The notes under the pieces were generated by a model. It searched no databases. It saw nothing but the letters and a program-made list of their open reading frames with translations, and was not told the DNA's origin. Of a DNA stretch of 64,000 nucleotides, positions 49,315 through 63,200 are shown one piece after another (positions within the stretch are counted from its first letter, which is position 1; the number at the start of each line of letters is the position of its first letter). This DNA is from Anolis carolinensis (taxonomy: Eukaryota). Location of the stretch: positions 171,694,897 through 171,758,896 of the forward strand of contig NC_085845.1 in NCBI RefSeq assembly GCF_035594765.1. The letters run 5' to 3'. A program made the position numbers and the translations under genes.

Positions 49315-49760
49315 AACAGAATACAGAAATGAGATAAATCCCTGGAAAATCATCTCACTCAGATCTTTGTGAAAACTGTCAGTGATTTACTTGCCCAATT
49401 CCACACTTTCCAAGGTGAGAATTACAGCATTTTTTTCTGCAGTAACTTATAGAATGTAAGAGAAAGGAGGTGCACCATATTATCACAGGCAGCTGGGACA
49501 CCAGAAATTAGCAAAGGCCATGACAGACCATGCAGCTGTTCCATGTCACAGATTTTTCCATCAGAGAGTAGCTATGAGGGTAGTGGAGCTAGACCAATAG
49601 CACCAAGAAATGTAATCCCATTCCCCAGTATAATAAAAAAGAAAAATAAGTGAACTTGTCAAAAAATAACGGAGCAAGGTGTGCATATTTCATTTAGGAG
49701 GTATCAGAGAACTTGTCATGGGTGGCAGTTCTAATAATTTTCTCACACATAAGGCAGCTA

Positions 49761-50600
<840 letters not shown>

Positions 50601-51277
50601 TCAAGACCTTTAAAGGTCGCACAAATCATCTGACTAGAGGGGAGACTAGATACAGAGAATCAGCTGGGAATTTCATGCATGATCAGTGCTCCACTATGTA
50701 GTACATGCTCACAACGATAACATGTTGACAGGTATGCAGAAAAGACAAACTTTTTTGTCTAGATGTTTTATTGAGCTACACAGTCTTTCCTCCAATTTTG
50801 CCTAAAGTGAATCTAAATTAATTTGAGAGAGAATTTGGTGAAAGTTAATGCTCATTTTTTTCTGAGGAAACCATAATCACCACTAAAAACCATGCTAGTA
50901 TTTAAAAATAGTCTCAAATATAAATGTCAACCAAGCCAAAATACAATTTATATGAGCTGTGATGTGCTAGGTAACTCAATAATTTTGAATTGCTCTATTA
51001 AGAGCAGTCAATTTTTCCAATTAACATGCTGGGAGGTACCCATTTCCAGCCTATAACAAAAAGAAAATAATAGACTAACTAATAGATTAGACTTTGGAAC
51101 AACATTGAGAAAAGACAGACAAGTAAATTATGGAATTTGATCAGAAAGAGAAAGCATAATACAAAAAAGGCAGGCAGACAAAAAGGTAGGTTTTACCCAG
51201 AGAAAAGTACTTTGTTTCCCATGCAAGATTAAATTGTAACAGAGAGACAGAGTTCAAAATCAGAACCAACCATTTTA

Positions 51278-51721
<444 letters not shown>

Positions 51722-51933
51722 TCAGAAAAAGATGCTCTTTCTTTACTAGAATATTTTCTGAAAGGGCAACAGAAATGCACTTGACAGGAATGATTGGATA
51801 AATACTGTACTATGTGATCAATACCATTTCCTCCCTAGTTAAAATCCTATCATCAACAAACTGCTTTTAGTCATCAACACCAATAAGTTGCTGGATTATA
51901 CAGATGAATTGCATACACAAACACACAAACTAC

Positions 51934-52114
51934 CTGTTTCAAAAGCTGAAGGATCAGTGGGAAGAGTCTGAAGAGAACGACTAATATTAGTCTTCATATC
52001 TTGGTTTAGTAACCGCGATGATGATCCAAGCCAACTTGGTTCCTCCCAGCTTCTCTTTCCTGATTGGCTCAAACGGGTGGGACTGGCAGGAGCACTGATT
52101 GCCCGGTCATACAT
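51934..52114 (-). CDS. MIEF1: MIEF1 coding exon 2
   Basis: MYDRAISAPASPTRLSQSGKRSWEEPSWLGSS..SRSLQTLPTDPSAFET; 181 nt. Confidence 0.95.
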
Positions 52115-52235
52115 CTAAAGTGGAAGAAGCAGGAAGCTGAATGTTAAATCCATTCAAAAGCATCCATCCTGTCATTGCATCTTTTCCGGCAGCCATGCAT
52201 TCTGGAATCGTTTCATTCACTGTGTTCACTCTTAC

Positions 52236-52379
52236 CCGTTTGACAGCCAAGGTGGCGATCCCCAGCATGGCAGCGCCACCAACACCCAGCACGAGTCGGG
52301 CATTGGACAACACAAAATCAATGGCAGTACCAATGCCATTATCATCCTTCTTTCCTTTGCGCTCTCCAGCGCCTGCCAT
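52236..52379 (-). CDS. MIEF1: MIEF1 coding exon 1 (outer-membrane anchor)
   Basis: MAGAGERKGKKDDNGIGTAIDFVLSNARLVLGVGGAAMLGIATLAVKR; exon starts at 52384; donor CGG|gtaag. Confidence 0.97.
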
Positions 52380-53060
52380 TGCTCCTTCATGGAGAGAGAA
52401 GACCACCAATTGTTAATATTTTTCATTTTATCAATACTTCATTCAATACTTCCTGATTTTAGCCTGAACCTTACTCTTATTACAGAAATAAACAACTAAG
52501 ATGTTGATTCATATTACTAATAAGCTGTACTGCTACATATCATAGCATGGCATGTTTTGTAGCCCTAATGTAATTTGTCTGGAGAAAACTGACATACTTT
52601 TTCCCCAGACAATTCACTGAATGCCAGGGCTGAATGATGGCCTGAATATAACTTTTAACATCCATATCTTTTATGTTGTACTACTCCCTTTCTCCTAAAT
52701 TTAACTAAATTCCCAAGACAGATAAGGCTAACATCTATTTTACTCTCTAAAAAGTCAAAGGCAAAAATAACTGGCATATTTAGTGGCACAAATTCATGTA
52801 GGTGGACTGATTTTCCAGGGAGTCATAAGAACAGTTGAATAGAAAAAAAAGAATATCACAACATTCTAAATAACCTACCTGACACTTAATGCATCTGTGA
52901 AGACGGAAGGAGAATACTCCCAGAGATCTACGTATGATGCTTTCAGGCCTGTTTTCAGGTTTGTTCCAATCGGACAAAATTAACCATCTATCACAGGTGG
53001 ACAGAAGGATTGAGGAAAAGAAGGAGCCAGAAAAGTAAAAGGGGAAGACAAAAAATGTCT

Positions 53061-53273
53061 CTAAACCAATCCTCCAAGTTTACTTTGCAAGAAAGCCTGG
53101 CCCTTCTCCAGTTGTCTTTCCTTCTCTTCAAGATTCTCGAGGTTCTGGTTCTTGCGGAATTCTTGTCGGATGGAGTTAAAGTAGAACTGACGGTCGGTGT
53201 AGCGCAGGCCCCGCCCCTGACGCAGCAGAGCGCGATAAAGGGCCAGCACTGCCTCACGGGTCCACAATGCCAT
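53061..53273 (-). CDS. MIEF1: AltMIEF1 / MIEF1 microprotein (LYR-motif, 70 aa) in leader exon 53298-52879
   Basis: [73 protein letters not shown] tripeptide plus downstream F(R)xN; same length as and close to the human uORF protein as I recall it. Confidence 0.95.
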   Translation of the reverse strand: MALWTREAVLALYRALLRQGRGLRYTDRQFYFNSIRQEFRKNQNLENLEEKERQLEKGQAFLQSKLGGLV

Positions 53274-53802
53274 GGAGGAACGATACCAGGATGACGATCT
53301 GAAGACACACAGAAAAATCAAATAATGACTATATTTGCATACAGTAGACACTCAATCAACTGGCACCTATGAGGATTGGTAGATGCTAGATAAATGTAGT
53401 TTCTGGTTGCTTCAGAGTGACTATTAAAATCAGTCCCAATATTATATCTCATCCTATACCTTAACATAAACTCTGTATTGATTTCATGTTAATATTAAAA
53501 TACAGTAATTAAAAGCAAATAAAGACAAACCTAACTTAATGTTTTACTGTATTATAAAAACAGCTTTGTGGACACAGTATTATTTATTCAATTTTTTGCC
53601 AGTTGCTTGAGAGTTCTGTTTGCCTGAGTGCCAGTTAATGGAGTCTATTTATATATTCTTAACTAGATTATACCTTACCACTAACAAAAATAGGAGGGGT
53701 TGAAGAATGAGGTAAAGTCAGCAAATTATTGGAAGTCACCGCATGGTCATGCAGACATGCTAGTAGTTGAGAATATGAAGACCTTGGAAAAAGAGAGGTC
53801 TA

Positions 53803-53966
53803 TGTGTTCTTGAAGGCTTTCATGGCTGGAATCACAGGGTTGTTGTGTGTTTTCCGGGCTGTATGGCCATGTTCCAGAAGTATTCTCTCTTGACGTTTTG
53901 CCCACATCTATGGCAGGCATCCTCAGAGGTTGTGAGATATATACCCGGAAAACACACAACAACCCC
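53803..53966 (-). mobile_element. Penelope pLTR fragment in MIEF1 intron 1
   Basis: pLTR text with a short inverted end. Confidence 0.85.
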
Positions 53967-54177
53967 AAAGAGAGGTCTTCCCAACTAGAGGAGAGCCATT
54001 TTGAAATATAGATTTCATGCATTTTAATGCATTTTAAATTAATTTGGAAAGCTATCCAGTTGCCTCTGGGTGTGATGGAATGCTCATTCCTTGGAGGTTT
54101 TTTTAACAGAGCCTGGATGGTCATCTTTTGGGGATGCTTTGATTGTGCCTTTCCTGCATGGCAGGAGATTGGACTAG

Positions 54178-54822
54178 TTTATTTATTATTTATTTACCAT
54201 ATTTATATCCCACCTTTCTCAACCCCGATGGGGACTCAAGGCAGCCTTACAACAAGCTGCAATTTGATGTCATACACACATATATCAAATAAACAATTCC
54301 AGTTAAAACCAATTATTAAAACATTAATTAAATCACACCATCCAAAACATAATCTATGGCCATTCCATTTCTCAATCACATATTGCACTGTTCCAATTAC
54401 TTGTCAAAAGCTTGATCCCAAAGCCATGTCTTTTTCCTGAAGGTCAAGAGAGAAGAGGCTGATCTGATCTCACTGGGGAGGGAGTTCCATAGTCAAGGGG
54501 CCACCACTGAGGAGGCCTGTCTCTCTACCCCACTAATTGCACCTGCGAAGGAGGGGGCACCGAGAGCAGGGCCTCCCCAGACAATTTTCATCTCCGAGAT
54601 GGTTCACAGAGGAAGATATGTTTGGACAGGTATGCTGGGCCAATTTAGGGCTTTATAAGCTAAAGCCAGCACTTTGAATTGTGCTTGGTAGCAGACTGGT
54701 AGCCAGTGGAGATAGCATAACAGGGGGATTGTGTACTCCCTGTATGCCACTCCGGTGAGAAATCTGGCTGCCTCTCGTTGGACCACTTGAAGCTTCTGAA
54801 CAGTCTTCAAAGGCAACCCAAC
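54178..54822 (-). mobile_element. L2 3' fragment
   Basis: KLQVVQREAARFLTG..LHWLPV..FKVLALAYKAL plus an L2 tail. Confidence 0.8.
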
Positions 54823-55479
54823 ATAGTTGGGCTATCTGGTCTTTTCCAACTCTTATTACTCTATAATTCTAAAATGTTTTGCCTTTCTATAAAACAAATA
54901 TTTGGAGCACAAGACTGGGAAGTTAACGCTGTGTGTTTCTTCTTTGCCATCACTAAATGCCTTTTTTCTTTTTTGTCAAATGGGTATTCTCATACAGTGG
55001 TTCAGGCTGAAATTGTCCCCCATGCCATCCAAGGTGCATTTACACTGGAGAATGGATGCAGCTTGGGATCATTTTAACTGCCATGGCCCACAGCGATGGA
55101 TTCCTGGGATGTGTAGTTTAGTGGGGGCACCAGCACACTTTGATAGAGAAGGCCTAAAGACCTTCTGAAACCACAACAGCACGATTCCATAGCACTGGGC
55201 CATGGTAGTTAAAGTGGTACTGAAGTGCATCGATTCTACAGTGCTGATCAGGAATGGGCAAACTTGGGCCTTCCCTCCAGGTGTTTTGGACTTCAACTCC
55301 CACCATTCCTCACAGCCTCAGGCCCCTTCCTTTTCCCCCTCAGCCGCTTAAGCCGCTGAGGGGGGAAAGGAAGGGGCCTGAGGCTGTGAGGAATGGTGGG
55401 AGTTGAAGTCCAAAACTCCTGAAGGGAAGGCCCAAGTTTCCTCATGCCTGGTGTAGATGTATCCGTTAACCCAAGGAAG

Positions 55480-55800
55480 CCATTTGGTGTGTGGGGCTGT
55501 ACGAGAAAGCAAAGAAGAAAACGGGGGGCGAAGAAGGCGAGGGCCCCTCGCTTTCGGTACCTTCAGGAAGGAGAAGGACGGGGCCCCGCCGCCGATCGAG
55601 GGCTCCAAGCCCGCCTCTTCCCGCTCGCCGCAACGCGCCCGAGGGTCAATCAGGAACATGGCCGCTCCCCTTCCGGAGCACGACCTTCTTCGTTATGGAA
55701 ACGCAGAGAGGGTTCCAAACGCGTCACTTCCTGTTCACTCCGACTTTGCCGGGTGGGGTGGGGAAGAGGAGCCAAGCCAGTGTCGAGTGCACTCACGATG
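55480..55800 (-). promoter_or_regulatory. MIEF1: MIEF1 CpG-island promoter and exon 1 (donor at 55561|55560)
   Basis: CpG-rich; minus-strand ACAGGAAGTGACGCG (ETS + half-CRE) at about 55720-55734; donor GAAG|gtaccg. Confidence 0.7.
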
Positions 55801-55877
55801 TAGAATGAACTCATTTTGCCACCGCTGTCACAACTACGGCTCAACGCTATGCATTTTGACAAGGCCTTATAGTATGC

Positions 55878-57490
55878 GTTGCTGAGTTTTCCGGGTTGTA
55901 TGGCCGTGTTCCAGAAGCACTCTCTCCTGACATTTCGCCTGCATCTATGGCAGGCATCCTCAGAGGTTGTGAGATCTGTTGGAAACTAGTTAAATGGGGT
56001 TTATATCTCTGTGGAAGCTCCAGGGTGGGAGAAATAACTCTTGTTTGAATTTGAATGTTGCAGTAGCCCACAATGATTAGTATTGAATAGCCTTGCAGCT
56101 TCAAAACCTGGCTGTTTCCTGGGGGAATCCTTTGTTGAGAAGTGTTAGCTGGCCCTGATAGTTTCTTGTCTGGAATTCCCCTGTTTTCTAAGTGTTCTTC
56201 TTTGTTTACTGTCCTGATTTTAGAGGGTTTTTTTTAATACCAGTAGCCAGATTTTGTTCATTTTCATGGTTTCCTCCTTTCTGTTGAAATTGTCCACATG
56301 CTTGTGGGTTTCAATGGCTTCTCTGTGTAGTCTGACATGGTGGTTGTTAGAATGGTCAAGCATTTCTGTGTTCTCAAATAATATGCTGTGTCCAGGATGG
56401 TTCATCAAGTGCTCTGCTATGGCTCTCTGGTTGAAGCAGTTTGCAATGCCTTTCATGTTCCTTGATTCGTGTCTGGCCTCTGTGCTTCGTGGTCCCTATG
56501 TAGACTTGTCCACAGCTGCATGGTATATAGTAGACTCCTGCTTTACTGTCCTGAGTTTAGAGTGTTTTAAAGACCAGTAGCCAGATTTTGTTTATTTTCA
56601 TTGTTTCCTCCTTTCTGTTGAATTGTCCACATGTTCTTGGATTTCAGTGGCTTCTCTGTGTAGTCTAACATGGTGGTTGTTAGACTGGCCCAGCATTTCT
56701 GTATTTTCAAATAATATACTGTGCCCAGGTTGGTTCATCAAGTGCTCTGCTATGGCTGACTTCTCTGGTTGAGTTAGTCTGCAGTGTCTTTCATGTTCCT
56801 TGATTCATGTTTTGGTGTTGTGTACCATTTCAGAGATGCTGTTGAAATCTACATGCATGTGGACAATTTCAACAGAAAGGAGGAAACCATGAAAATGAAC
56901 AAAATATGGCTACAAGTATTAAAAAAAACCCCTCTAAAATAAGGACAGTAAAGCAGGAGTCTACCGTATACTGTGCAGTTGTGGACAAGTCTACATAGGG
57001 ACCACCAAATGCAGCATTGTCCAAGCTCGAATCAAGGAACATGAAAGGCAATACAGACTAACTCAACCAGAGAAGCCAGCCATAGCAGAACACTTGATGA
57101 ACCAACCTGAACACCACATACAGTAGAGTCTCACTTATCCAACGTTCTGGATTATCCAACGCATTTTTGTAGTCAATGTTTTCAATACATCATGGTATTT
57201 TGGTGCTAAATTCGTAAATACAGTAATTACTACATAGCATTACTGCGTATTGAACTACTTTTTCTGTCAAATTTGTTGTTAAACATGATGTTTTGGTGCT
57301 TAATTTGTAAAATCATAACCTAATTTGATGTGTAATAGGCTTTTCCTTAATCCCTCCATATTATCCAACATATTCACTTATCCAACAGTCTGCCACCCTG
57401 TTTATGTTGGATAAGTGAGACTCTACTGTATTATTTGAGAACACAGAAATGCTGGACCACTCTAACAACCACCATGTCAGACTACATGGG
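55878..57490. mobile_element. Complex Penelope cluster (tandem and inverted GIY-YIG fragments, with a Tc1 MITE inserted)
   Basis: Minus copies at 55878-56820 and plus copies at 56835-57490. The MITE at 57121-57428 splits acata|ttatttgagaacac. Confidence 0.85.
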
Positions 57491-59694
57491 GAAATAGAAT
57501 ACAGGTTTGAAAATAGTCAACAGATAGAGAATTCAGTGGGAAAATGTTCTCACTGCTATAATTATTAACTGCTAACTTTTGTTAAAAAACAAAAATAACA
57601 ACCAAACACCAAAGTTGATCATTAGTATAGCCTTTCCGAAGTTATGTAAGAAATAGTTGGTCTCAAGTGTGCTACTGGGCTACTTTAGGCTTTTTCTGTG
57701 AAAAAAACCCCATTCCTCTCTAGTTTATTTTGTAGGAGCTTTTGAAACCAATCTTGCCTACTTTATTTTCAGTTGCATATTATGTGTTTTCATTTGTTTT
57801 GCCTCTAGATTTGGAGGGCTGTCTAGGTGCAAATGCTGCAAACCATTGCGCATCTTCAGGTAAGAGATCTGCGACCATGGAGACAGGACAGCAGAGGCTA
57901 AAATACTGCTGGGAGAACTTCTGGTATACAAGGCAGCTTTTCGCTTCCTTTTTAGCAATGCAATACAGTAGCTGTTTCCTTGAATTAAATAAACAGCGCC
58001 TCTTAGTGTTAAATTATGGAAACCCACAGCTGCCACTTTTTTTGAACTGAATTACAGTTTGTAGAGAAGACAGACACAGTGCATCTTCTACACTGTAGAA
58101 TGATATAGTTTAACTGATAGGTCTCAATGCTATGAAATTATGGAAGTTATAGCTTGGTGAGGTACCAGCACTCTTTGGCAGAAAAGTCTAAGGACCTTAT
58201 AAAATTATAACTCCCATGATTCCATAGCATCGAGCCATAACAGTTAAGGTGGTCTCAAACAGTATTCTTTCTAAAGTGTAGACGCAGCCACAGTTGTGTG
58301 CCTTTTTGTCCTTGTTCCAAACTACCCAACTGGAATATTTGTGTTTCCTGTAATTTCATGTCTTCCCTTGAAACAAAAATTTAGTGAAAGGTACTTTCAT
58401 ATTAGCTTGTTGTTTTGTACCAAGTTATGGCAGGTCTAAGCTTGAACCTATCACAAGGTGTTCTTGGCAAGGTTTCCAGGGTCATCATCCAACACTCAAA
58501 ACATTACACCATGCTGACTCCCAACAGTGGCACAACAGAGACCAATAAATAATCCAATTGTGTGTGTCTCCACCCGTCTGTCTGTCTATTTAATCTATCT
58601 ATCTAATATATCTCAGGATAACATTGTATGCATCTGATTAATCTGATGTTAGTTCCCAAAGGTATCTCAAAACTTCTTGTGCTTGCTTCACCAAACTAGC
58701 ACAAATACTCACACATCCCAAAATCTATCTTTTGCAAACTTACCTGAAAAAAACTGCCATCTTTCTTAGTACAATAGACCCACTGTTCACCAGAATTAAA
58801 GCAGCCAGGACACTCAAGCCAAAAAAATGGAAGAAATTATACTTTGAATAAAAATTAAAATAAAATCCACTTTTAGTGGAAATGTTACATGAAATTGAGT
58901 TTGTCTTTGTCTTAATGGGCTTTTAATTACAGTACTTTTTTCAATATTAATATCAAGCCAATACAAAATTTCTGGTATGGTATAGTATGGGGTATAGTAA
59001 CAGGCTTATTTTTAATAGTAACTTTAAGCAACCAGAAACCATATTTATCTGGCATTTAGCAATCCCCATGGGTGTTGGTTAACTGGGAGGTCTACTATAC
59101 CTTCTTTGAGAATTTAGATTTAACAGGATCTTTTCTGTTCCTGGAAGATAGATGAAGCTGAGGAGAAATTCACAGCAAAAGTGATGAAAATTAGTTAAAA
59201 GCTTCATCTTTTGTAATGACAGTTTCACAGTGGGACAGAAATTACAGATTGCGTTGGCTGCTGCATTGCTACAAACTAAAATATGGTGGTTATTAGGCAC
59301 AATTTAGAATTCAATACAAAGTGAAATCAATATTTTTGTCACCTGCCTTTCACTTTTCCTCCGTTTACAGGAAAAATGGTGGTCCAGTAAAGCAGGAGAA
59401 GAATTCTATGGCCCTTCAGATATTGTTGGACTGCAGTTCCCATCAGCCCCAGTGAATATGGTGAAATTTGAAGTTGCTATCCAACAACACGTGAAGGGCC
59501 ATGTAATTCCCCTTCTGTAAGCCAATGCTGCAGAATTTTGATTCTAACTTGTAAGAATGTGTTTATTTTGGTTCTTTTAATGTGGGAGCCAAGGGAGCTT
59601 GCAGCATCAGATAAACGTTCTGAAAACAAATAAGCTATCCTGTTAAAACGCCACACATTTAGAATAAAAAAAAGCAGATGCTTTTATACAACTA

Positions 59695-60297
59695 CTGTAT
59701 ATACTCGAATATAAGCCTAGTTTTTCAGCCCTTATTTTAAGACTGAAAAAGCCTCCCTCAGCTTATACTTGGGTGAAGATCCTGGTTGGCTTATATTTGG
59801 GTCAGCTTATACTCGAGAATATGTGGTACATTTATTATTTTTCTCTATTATTGTTGCTACTATTACATTTATTTTACTCTATTTTTATTATTATCATTAA
59901 TACATTTATTATTTTACTCTGATCTTATTATATTTATCATTTTACTATATTTATTACTACATTTATTATTTTCCTGTATTTATTATTAGTATTATTACAT
60001 GTATTATTTTACTCTATTATTATTAAAAGGATACATAAGCACATTTACATTGAAGAAGATGAGAATAATGATTTAATCAGAGTTGGACAATCTCATCTTA
60101 AATTAGAGCTTTATGTAAATATTCAAAAACATTTAACCTACTAATGCCTCAATTAATGTAATTTTATTGTTATTTGTTTTTATTTCTGAAATATACCACT
60201 CTCAGCTTATACTGGAATCAATGTTTTCCCAGTTTTTTGTGGTAAAATTCGGTGCCTCAGCTTATATTCAGGTCAGCTTATACTCGAGTATATACGG
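59695..60297. mobile_element. Tc1/mariner (Tigger-like) non-autonomous element with an AT-rich core
   Basis: TIR CTGTATATACTCGAATATAAGC...GCTTATACTCGAGTATATACGG with TA flanks. Confidence 0.8.
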
Positions 60298-63200
60298 TAG
60301 TTAATTATCAAATATATGTTTTTTTACCTGCTGGTGGAAGGAAAGAGGTCCAGCCAAACTGGATGAAAATTGTTTTTAGGTGGGGAAGGGCAAGGGAAGT
60401 TAGTTTTAATGTTGTATTAGGTCCCCATCTATACTGCGATACAGTGCAGTCTGAAACTGCATTATATCGTCAGTGTGGACTCAAATAATCTAGTTTAACT
60501 GCATTGAACTACATTATATAAGTATAGTTTTAAACTGCATTATATCATAATATATATGGGGTCTTTGTGGTCAAGTGGAATATTACTGATTTTACAACTT
60601 GTATAATGATACAGTAGAGTCTCACTTATCCAAGCTAAATGGGCTGGCAGACCGTTGGATAACTGAATATGTTGGATAATAAGGAGAGATTAAGGAAAAG
60701 CCTATTACACATCAAATTAGGTTATGATTTTACAAATTAAGCACCAAAACATCATGTTATACAACAAATTTGACAGAAAAAGCAGTTAAATACGCAGTAA
60801 CGTTAAGTTGTAATTACTGTATTTATGAATTTAGCACCAAAATATCATGATATATTGAAAACATTGACTACAAAAATGGCTTGGATAATCCAGAAGCTTG
60901 GATAAGCGAGGCTTGGATAAGTGAGACTCTACTGTACTTATATTGCTGAATAAACTAATAAATATATAGGTTAAAAAGAAAAAAAGAAAGATCTGAAAGA
61001 GAATCCAACAGCATTGCAGGAGTGAGTTTAGTTCTCTTCTAAACCCTTTCCCAAAAGCTAAACACCACTGCACTGCTTCAATAGTGATGCCAAAAAAGAA
61101 GCTCTTCCCCCAAGCAGGAAAAAACGTGTCAGATGGAGACACCTTTAATGATTTATTGCAGACTATCATAAGAAGTGTTGACTAGCCTTTATATAGCAAC
61201 TTGAGAATGTTCAAAGTAATGCACGTACATTGTGTAAGTAAATTATCATCAAGAAGTTTAAACCTGGACCCAGCTCTTTGCAAAATCTATATTGTAGGTA
61301 CAGCCAAGTTTCAGGCATCTGTTAGCTCAGGTTTTGTATGGCTTGTGGGGATCAGGATCTCATTACTATACATCCATATGGATTACCTTCAGGTCTATGT
61401 AAGAGAGGTAGCCTTTTTGTGTCTCTGTGGACCTGTCTACACTAACCATTTGATGTAGTTTCAAACCGGTATTGGAAAAGGTAGTTTGTGCAGATTATTA
61501 CATAGGAAATCCTGGAACCAGTTTGAGGTCCGGATGATGATTACACAAACCATAGAGCATTGGTGCAGGTTAAAGGATTTCCTTCACACCCTTTTGTGGG
61601 AGTTTGTTTTCTGGCCAATGGCAGTTTGAAACTAGCTTCAAACTGCATTAAAAAGTCAAGTGTAAATGGTGCTAGTGTCACATTGGTTGCCATCCAACAT
61701 ACCCACAATGTAGTGTAAATATCCAAATGCAGACATATCAGCATCACAGGGCCTCCATGCAGAATAACATCCTACATCAGCCACTACACACTGTGGCTGT
61801 GCATTTCCCAACTGCACCCACAGAAGCAAATATGCCCTTATTATAGCTCAGTAATTTTTTCCACCTAGGATTGCACCCTTGCATATGACAGCAACTCAGT
61901 CTGTAGGCTTTAAAATAGCAAAGGGATATTTTAACTTTTTTTCATTTACGGTACTGAGGGAGATTTCCATTCAGTGGTGTTTCTTGTCAAATCTTTCTGA
62001 AATTTGCCTTGTGACATATTATTGTGGGAGTTCTTTGCTGTTCTCTGCCAAAGAGTACTGGTGCCTCACCAAACCACAAATTCCAGGATTTCACAGCTTT
62101 GAGTGATGATAGTTAAAGTGGTGTCAAACTACATTAATTTTATAGTGTAGATGCAACCCTAGAGAGTTTCTATGACAGAATGGAGATTCAAACCCTGGTT
62201 CTGCAGATACCTAGAAGAATACAATCTCTGTATCTGCAGGGGATAAGAGCCCCGGCTTTCATGTGGATAAGTGAAACTGTAGATAATAGTGAACTGTACT
62301 GAAACTTGGAGCTTCTGACCCAAGAGGACTATAGAGTCACACTGGAGCACCAAGAAAATTCATGGGGAGCATGCATTTGTTGGACATGGATAAATGAAAC
62401 CACAGATCCCGGTCCCATGGATACAGGGATCATATTATAGTTTATCACACAAAGCAGGAAAATCTTAGTTACAGCACGGCAACAGTGTCTTCCTCTTGGA
62501 CTTATTGCATGCTGGTCCTTTCATGCCACTCTCCTACTGGGAAACAGCTTAGAAAGCATTTCATCTACAAACAAAAACAATCCGTTAATGACTTCCTTTT
62601 GTAAATGAAACGCCTTCCAATGGTCTCCCACCAAGAAAGGAGCAACTTCATGTGATAAGTTGAAGGCAAAGATGCTGTTGCCCTGCTGTGATTGCAATTT
62701 GCCTGCCTCATGGGATAAATTCCTAGTTCAATATTCGAACAACTATGCCATGCCAGCTCTTAACTTATCTATCAATTTTCTTAAGTTCATGTTTAGGAAA
62801 TCTATGGTTATATGTTAATATTTTATATTAGAACCACTGAAATGTTACAAAAGTGGCACATAGATGATTTAACATTTTGAGCTGCCTAACTCTTCATCAG
62901 AAATTATGGTGCAAAATTTATGAAATTGTACTTGGTGAAGATTTCTGGAAAACATATACACTCATGCTGCCTTGATGCCACTTCGTAATATTTTTAGAGT
63001 TCTCAATAAAGATGTTACCTAATAATGATTGTTTTTACTCATAAACTGCAGGAAGGATTTATGTTTTGTTGCTACAGTTGTATGACACTCAACATTTTCC
63101 CTCTTCTCTTTCATAGACAGGCTTACATCCACACATCCCTTGAAAACGGGCCATCTTCAAAAGAATTCCAATGACTGGAAACTTAAACGTTAAATATTTT

